Shown here: in pieces, positions 56,717-64,000 of the stretch | Layout: each line of letters opens with the position of its first letter | How positions within the stretch are numbered: position 1 is the stretch's first letter | Source: Oikopleura dioica | Lineage: Eukaryota; Animalia; Chordata | Length of the DNA stretch: 64,000 nt | Direction of reading: 5' to 3' | NCBI GenBank assembly: GCA_907165135.1 | Contig: OU015569.1 | Location: forward strand, 7,626,001 to 7,690,000 | Notes under the pieces: generated by a model | Told to the model about the DNA's origin: nothing | Databases searched by the model: none | What the model saw: only the letters and a program-made list of their open reading frames with translations | Made by a program: the position numbers and the translations under genes

Positions 56717-59023
56717 ATGAAAGAAATTGTTCTCCCAGTGGAAAATGGCCCGGCGCTCGTATCAGAGGTTCTCCACGCCTTTGGAATTACAGTGGTTATC
56801 CAACACGTAATCATTCACTCCAAAGAGCGGTATTAACTTCAGTTTAGTCAGACACTGACTCCGACTCGTCGTTTAATGATAAGAAGTTCATCGTTAATCG
56901 CGAAGTCAGTAGAGAATTAATCGGGAACGATTTGAGGCCTGGTGATTTACTGATCTTTGTTGACGGAAATCCTGTTGCTGATATGTGGATGAAGAAAGTT
57001 TCTGGAGTCGTGCGGCTTTCTTTCGAGGAGATGGAACGTAAATCGAAACGCAAGCCAAAAAAGAAGAAAGATCGTGCACCTTGTCCGACGCAGGTGGTAG
57101 CCTTGATGGAGTCTTCCCATGCTGAGTCTCCTGATAGGATTCTCTATTTGAATCCAGATAATGAGAAGACAACCAAAATGGCGAGATCAGCTGGTGCTAT
57201 TCTGACTATAGGAGGTAATTTTTTTAATCGCTTCTAGCATTTTACTCATTTCTAGATATCATAACGCGAATAAATTTGACGCACGAGTCTGCTTCAAAGA
57301 GCAGTGAGACTTCGAGTGGCACTGAGTATGACGAAACGAGCAAGACTGCTTTCCCTCCCGTGACGAAGTTAAACGCAGCCTTTGGGATTCCCTTTTACGC
57401 ATCGTTCTTCCGATCTGGGAAAGTTTAACATGTAATTTTTACCAGACATGTCGAAGTACGTCATCGCGTTTTCTTTCGATTATTGTTAAACTATAATGAA
57501 GGAAACAGAACTGTTTATATATGGCTGTCTGCTGTCCACTTTTCCGAGCGAGATTGTCAAGTAGCCGCGAAATCCCTACGAGATTTCTCTAACTTCCTTT
57601 ACCTACCAGGGCATCTTCATCCAGCTTATTTCGACTCCTTTTGCCATAATCTTTCTGAGCCGGATCAGGCAGGACGGAACTGGCCATTTCAATATAAGAA
57701 TCATGGTTTTTCGTTGCCAGGTCTGTTCACTTCTGTAAGAGGTCTCCGTATAATCATAGCAATTTACAGTTGATATACACGTTGACTTGGACGCAGCTCT
57801 TGCAGAAATCGATGCTGTCGAATTTGATTCAATTTCAACTTCTGATCATTTTTATCCTCGGAGAAAGTACTTTGTAATAGGGTCGTGCTGCTTTTTAAAT
57901 AATTTACTGGTCCGTTCACATTCTTCGCAAGTCGAGCAACGGCTCATCTGTATCGCGCACTCCATCGTCAAGCTTGAGCCTGACGAAATTTGTGAGTAGT
58001 ACCTACTGATAGAGATAGTAGAAGCCAAAGAATAATTTAGTCTGCCATGAGGTTTTCCTGGATAATCGCGCCAAAACAAGTCAAATTGTTGGCTACGAAG
58101 AACCCGAGGGACGCTCTTATGCGCTGGTGATGGTTCAACACGAGCCTCACATCCCAGGCCTTCCCACAGTAACGATTGGCGCTCTTTTGGAATCATTTTA
58201 CCCTATAGATAGAGCAAGTACTACTCCAAAGGTTGTTGACCCGATGATCACGCGTAGATGCCGACAGGTTGCTAAAGTGATTGCTCGCAATGAGCGCCTC
58301 TTCAATTGGATTAATTCTCCTGACGATTTCTATGCAACAAAGGATACAAATATTGAGAGGAATCAGCCATCACAAAACTCTTTCTTTTCGAAATTCTCGA
58401 AACCTGTTCCGCCGCCTAGGTTTGACAAAAAGAGTAGTACGTCGTTTGACTCGATAAATGTAGCGAATCCGGCTCATACAAGTCAGGAAGTACAACTGCA
58501 TCGATGCTTGGGCCTCTCAATGCTGGAGAATTACACACTCATTTTGGCAACGAAGCAAAAACTTTTCATGAGCCTAGCACTCAGATTGTTGCTGGACCCA
58601 ATGGAATCTCCTACTTTACGTGCTTTGTTGAATCTGGAGTAATTCTTCAACCAAAGACGGTTGGACTCTATGTGTCACAAGGAACGGAAAGAAGTTGTTT
58701 CTGAAGTTTTAAATGTTTATGCATCAGTTGCATCATAATTTATTTAAACTGAGGGCAATTTTTTGATTCCATCTAAAGAGCTGCTCGCCAACTTTCGATC
58801 AACTATCGAACAAATGCGCCCACTTCTCGAGAAATCATCAAACTCAGATGAGGAAGTTGGTGCCATAATAAATGCTGGTTTCAAAAAGGGTTCCGGGCTT
58901 CTTCAATACTGGGTTATTGGACGAAAAGTCGATAAAAAATCACTCTTTATTTGCATTAACGCGCAAGTTCCACAGAACATGAATGATATTTCTCTCAAAT
59001 TCGCTTTTGGCTTACTTTTATAA
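56717..59023 (+). CDS. INTU: Planar cell polarity / CPLANE protein Inturned
   Basis: N-terminal PDZ (RPGDLLIFVDG), GAILTI, DAALAEIDAVEF...RRKYFVIGS, EVF...EPEGRSYALV, GP...SYF, and C-terminal YWVIGR...LFIC...ISLKFAFGLLL*. Confidence 0.88.
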
Positions 59024-59175
59024 ATTTTTTTCGTTTCTTCAATATTTTTTTCTTTCTGTAAAAACGTTTTCTCGCTCAATATTCCTATTTCCACTGTTCC
59101 CTTCTAGGCTTCATTCCTTTTTATTTCAGTTTTTTCTTTCCTTGAAAACAATTAAATTTCTGTTTTTCAGTGAGG

Positions 59176-59596
59176 ATGTGGCACATACTTTTTTTTATAA
59201 GCGCAGTAATCGCAGCAATTTTGATCACACTCCCAAAAAGAAATCCCGTCCGAAAAATCATTATTCGAACACCTGTGATTCTTGGGACACTCCTCAAAAC
59301 CAGAAGTTTCAAAGATACTGCCATGACTATTGCTGGTAGTAGCGGATCTGGCTGTCAAGATCGATGCTGTGGTAGTAATAAAGTAATTTAACTCAGTTCT
59401 TTTTCTATTTACTCCATTGACCTTTTAGGGACATCCAGCGAACATGCCTGACCCGGAGACGCTGGCCAAAATGCAAAAACAATATCAGATGCAGCTCCAG
59501 ATGGCAGGCCGAATGAACCAAAATCATCTCCAGAAAAGTGCCGTCACTCCGTCGTCATCGGTGTTTATTCCCGTCGAAGAGGACGATTTAGACTGA
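59176..59596 (+). CDS. Small orphan protein (about 125 aa) with an N-terminal hydrophobic helix, a CxxxCC cluster and a Gln/Met-rich tail, 2 exons
   Basis: MWHILFFISAVIAAILITLPKRNP...GCQDRCCGSNK|GHPANMPDPETLAKMQKQYQMQLQM...EEDDLD*, with an in-frame GT-AG intron. Confidence 0.7.
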
Positions 59597-59848
59597 TTTT
59601 CTTATAAAACCCACGTGATATTCTTTTGTATCATTTCTTATTCCCTATTTTCACATGTGATCTTGCGCGAAAGCTTATTTTTGTATAATATTTTTAATGA
59701 ACACTACCAATACGCCATGGTTAAAACGAACAACGCTATTTTCTACTAAATCGAATGAGACCCATAACTGTTCATTTTTTAACGATTGATTATTATTTCA
59801 TTTTGAGCTGTTAATTTTACTCGGAAAACTAAGAAGCAACTTTAAGAG

Positions 59849-60835
59849 ATGTTATGGTGGAAACGAATATGGCGTCAACCTATGAATCTATTTATGTTCA
59901 TCGTGTTTCATATTGCTGCACCAGCTATCTACTGGCTAGTATCTCGTGAAGACGCAACGCTTTTCGATGGCGACTGGCTGCGCTTCCACAAAATTGTGAC
60001 TAATTTTTTGTTGGTTTCAGTATTTTCAAACTTATGGAAGTTAATTTTATCCGACCCAACCCCCAGGAAGATTATTTTCACAGGTAACGGCAACCTGTTT
60101 CTTCTCTTAAATTAATTTCAAGAGAATGATCACATCACGAAAGGATGGGATGTATGCAACACATGCGAAGCTTACCGTCCTCATCGAGCCCATCACTGCG
60201 TGACTTGCCGCGTCTGCGTCCTCAAGCGTGACCATCACTGCTATTTTGCTGGAAACTGCGTGGGATACTCGAACGCCCGGTGAGATTATACCCTATTCGG
60301 TTCCCATTATTGAACTGCTCTCTTCAAGATATTTCTACGGGCTGCTTTTCTTTACCTGGTTGGCGTTGGTCTACACCAACTTTATCACTCTCGAGTTCTT
60401 GTTCAAAACGACGCTTCTAAATCCAATCCAAGTTCTCGTCTCTTTCTTCGCCCCCATTCCAGCTGCGCTTGTCGGCTATTTGCACGAAGACTTTTTCGTC
60501 CTCTTTGTCTCCACGATCTCGCTCTTCGCCCTTGGATATACTTGCTACCTCATCTTTTTACACTCAGAAAGTTTTGTCTCAGGAATTACTCTAACAGAGA
60601 TGAATCGAGAGAAAGGTTGTTTGTTCAAGTAGCTGATTTTTCAACAATATTTTCAGAGTCCTACAAGGAGCGATACCGCACTGGAGTCTTTCAAAATATG
60701 CGCGAGATTTTCGGTTTAAACTGGCCCGTTGCGTGGATTAGTCCCTTCATCCCTTCTCCACTATTATCTGACGGATCTCAATTTCCTCATCCAAAGAACA
60801 ATCGCATTACCCACAGCTCCAGGCAAAGAAAGTGA
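59849..60835 (+). CDS. DHHC palmitoyltransferase (most like ZDHHC22/24)
   Basis: [40 protein letters not shown], four hydrophobic segments, and [16 protein letters not shown]. Confidence 0.92.
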
Positions 60836-61493
60836 TTTTCAAAATGACAACTTACTACTTCACGTTACTATTGGAAATAGGAAAGCGTTCTTGTATCTTA
60901 CTGTAAAAATATAACTTTCCTTCGATAATCTATTCTTCAAATAAAGTACTGGCAATAAAATAGCTGCATTTATTCTTTTCAAGGAAATTATTTGTATGAA
61001 CGGAACTAAGAATGATTGAACGCGCCGCCCTCGTTTACGCTTCGTTGGCGGTAGAAGCGAATCAGTTGGTGGTGGTGACTGCACCGCGGGTGGTGTCACG
61101 AGCGCGGTGCATTCAAGTAGAACGGCCCAGCGCCAAACTAGAACAAGCTTGGTGCGCATTATTCAATTTCGCTATACATCTGCTTTTTCTTCCTTTTTTG
61201 CAGGTAAGAGATTCTGTGAGTAAATTTACCTAGATGGCTACTGGAGTGCCACTGTATTAGTCAAAGAGATGATCCTCCCAAAAGTGGGACAAGAGCGCGT
61301 GTATATGTATTGAAAGACAGAATATACAGGCTTAGAAGTGACCCGCTACTTATCGCATTTGGGTTAAAGTTTTCAACTAATCGTTCGATTTTCTGTCCAA
61401 CTTCAATTTCGCAGGCTATTCATTCCAGTCTAGTTTTAGCTAAGTTTAAACTTGAAATTATTTTAGTTTTAGTGAGAGAGGAAAAACTTTAAA

Positions 61494-62533
61494 ATGGGAA
61501 ATTCGGGTGTGCAAATTATTGCTCTGCTGTTGACGATGACGACGTTCGTCATTACCCTGATTGCCTGCATCCTTCCATTCTGGCGAAGAAACGACTTGGA
61601 AGGTGAAGTTATCGAAACGATCCGTCGTAGCTCAGGTATTTTTTTCCATGGTAAGGGTTATCTCATGTGCTCTATATAGGATTATGGACGAAGTGCACTT
61701 ATCTGGCCACTGGAAACTGGAACTGTGATGCCTACGACAGATTTTTTATCGGGTTACCGGCGTCATTACAAGGCGCCCGTGCACTTACAATAATTTCTCT
61801 CTTCTTCGGATTTTGCGCAACAATTACGTCTGTTATTGGTCTTGATTGCACTACCGTCGGTATGGATCAACCTGGACTCAAGCAAAAATGCGTAATTATA
61901 GACTCTTTCGAATAAGTTAAATAATTAATTTTTACCTTAGATGCTTGCTGCCGGCGTTATGCAGATTCTCACTGGAATATGTATCGGCGTTGCTGTTAGC
62001 TGGTTTGCATCATCTGTGCTCTATGAATTTCATAATCCTTTATCGAGAGGACCGTAAGTCGTTGAAATTCCAAGCATCTTGTAACATTCTATCTATAGAT
62101 ACGTTGGCCAAGGTGTTCGCGGGAGCTATTCTCAAAGCTATTATGGAAATAACGGTGATCGTTTCGTCTACGGGGAGTGTCTCTTCCTTGGTAAGTTTTT
62201 TCATCGGGATGAAAAGAACATTAAATCAAGTTACTGGAGTATTGGTAGTTTCTGATGCAACGCTTCAATTTTAACGCCAGACGTTTATTGACGTCGATGC
62301 GGTGTTTTCAAAAGAATGAAGTCTAGAATATATTCTCTTAACGTCATTTGCTATTATGAAACTTTCTCTTAGGATGGGCCGCTATGGTCTTGGGAATTGT
62401 CAGCGGTGCTCTTTTCTGCTGCAACGGCTACTCCTCGCTCAACGAAGAAGACGACAACAGGAGTTTTAATGCGGCCTATCAGCCTCCGATGGACTACGGC
62501 CGTCCCAAATCCATGGGTCATGAATACATCTAA
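61494..62533 (+). CDS. Claudin
   Basis: W...GLW..C......C first-loop signature (GLWTKCTYLATGNWNCDAY), LQGARAL, four TM segments, and a C-terminal YI PDZ-binding motif. Probable 5' UTR exon ends at 61203. Confidence 0.92.
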
Positions 62534-62770
62534 GCAGGAGGTGCAGAATTTATGTCCATTTCCGCAAGACCCTTTCGACACACCTTTATTGCACTTGTTT
62601 TCTACTAACTCACTGCAACAATAATACTCGAATCTTATTCAAAGATATGTGCCAATACCTGTCTGCGAGATTACCAATTTACTGACTTCATTGTTCCTAT
62701 CATTCCGAAAATAAACTCGACCTTGTTAAATATATTTTTCGTTATGTAAACGAATATATTCACTGGCAGA

Positions 62771-64000
62771 ATGAGTGTCGAAAGGATGGAAACAAGTAGT
62801 TCTGGAGATGGAAAAAAGGAGCTTACGGGTCGAGCTCGTCGTAAAATGTCAAAGATGTTGAAGCAACCAGCTTCAATCATTGTCGAGGAGGATTCTGACG
62901 CGCGCTTGAACGTGTCTGAGGTTTGTTTTAGATCAAACATATTATCTAATACCAATAACTCAGCTTGTCGAAAAAAGAAGAAGTGAACTTGAAGCAATGT
63001 TGAATATAATTCACGATCCACCATCAACAAGGTCTGCTTTGCAACGTATTTCCCGCTGCAAGCGCCGAAGGGCTTCCGCTCACAATCTGAAGAGGCTCCC
63101 CAAAAGCGTCCGCACTTTGATTGTGACGAACGAGTATACTGAACGAGCGGGGTATGAGTTATTAAGGAATATGTTATGAATCTATTTAATTCAGTTTGAA
63201 ATCATACAAGCGCAGAAAGCTTGCAAAGCGTGAACTACTTTTCAAAGAAGGGAATCAATCTGAAAACGTCAACACGCCTAGTCGGCTTGCCACACATGTA
63301 TGGTTTGCTAAGCGGTTTCACATGATTGTTAAATTTGGATGGCATCTTCCTCTATGTCCTACTGAGAAAAAGCTCAAACATTGCATGAAAATCTGCGCTG
63401 GAAAAGTGCCTGGAACAGTTGGATTTGACTTTTCTTTCATCAAAAAAAGGGACGACGAACAGGAGAAGAATCTATCGAGAATGATTCTGATCGGAACGCT
63501 TGCGGAAGAGATGTGTGCGAACTCGAAAGTAGTTGTCGATCAAGAGTTACAAGCGGGTTATGTTATCGCCTACATGGAAAATGAAAATGCCACGAAATTC
63601 ATAACCGAACTAATCATGTCAAAAAGTAATTTGCGATTTTACTTTACGATGTTAAATATTCTTCAGATGGGCATGTGGGAGGATTGGAGCTTTGGCAGTT
63701 ACACAGATGCGCCCGTGGGAGTTTAACATTCCCCGATGACTTCCCTGATTGTGAGGAAGGAAGGAAAGTAATCAAGGCTGAACTAGGGCGTATAGACACT
63801 CAATACCGGCGAAAGTAAAGGGAGAATCTTTATATCGATAATCTACTGCGGGATAAATTTCCAACGCAGCCCTGCTGATTAAATATTTATACTTCATCCC
63901 GAATGAAAGCCAAAAGGAAAGAACAAATTCTTGAGCGTTAATCTTCTTGAAAATGTGGAACGCTCTCTCCCATCACCTCCTGGGGTTAAAATTGATGATG
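62771..64000 (+). CDS. POP1: RNase P/MRP subunit POP1, probably running past the window end
   Basis: KRRRASAHNLKRLP, LATHVWFAKRFHM...LCPT, and POPLD motif FPDDFPDC. The junction after 63815 could not be resolved. Confidence 0.85.

Noticed and set aside
60860-61233. Overlapping ORFs upstream of the claudin
   Set aside because: The segment ends in a strong donor at 61204 and best fits a 5' UTR exon; neither peptide shows family features.
63816-63915. Possible non-canonical or frameshifted POP1 junction
   Set aside because: No canonical acceptor gives a clearly POP1-like continuation and the window ends; cannot be resolved without cDNA.

Overview
Eukaryotic, very gene-dense genomic DNA with the standard genetic code and mostly 35-50 nt introns. 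Long co-oriented gene runs carry unpaired AG acceptors just upstream of start codons, there are occasional GC/GA splice donors, and chordate-type genes are present (claudin, HHEX). This pattern best fits the appendicularian tunicate Oikopleura (inference, not a database result). Layout: an unclear gene and a gene-free gap (1-5.4 kb); a minus-strand run of BUD23, EBP2, an orphan, FYCO1-like, ERCC4/XPF, RRM1, RPS11 and SLC13 (5.4-30.3 kb); two convergent secreted proteins, a pseudo-carboxypeptidase/PqaA(AprA) fusion and a giant multi-ShK/SEA/thyroglobulin/CUB protein (31-39 kb); and a plus-strand run of a 3-RRM Musashi/hnRNP-like protein, EXOC8 (with HHEX nested antisense in a 3 kb intron), ZFAND4, DPF, COQ9, INTU, a small membrane orphan, ZDHHC, claudin and POP1 (41.5-64 kb). 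The most striking signal is two 8-bp-TSD DNA transposons inside genes that may be neutralised by splicing. One is a 4.9 kb foldback element with about 840 bp inverted arms, a hierarchical 57-bp satellite and a nested Tc1-like MITE, which duplicates the EBP2 intron-1 donor. The other is a 461 bp MITE in a coding exon of the FYCO1-like gene, whose TIR supplies a GT and whose TSD supplies an AG that restore the frame (introner-like). Gene models were assembled by eye, so some exon boundaries are approximate.
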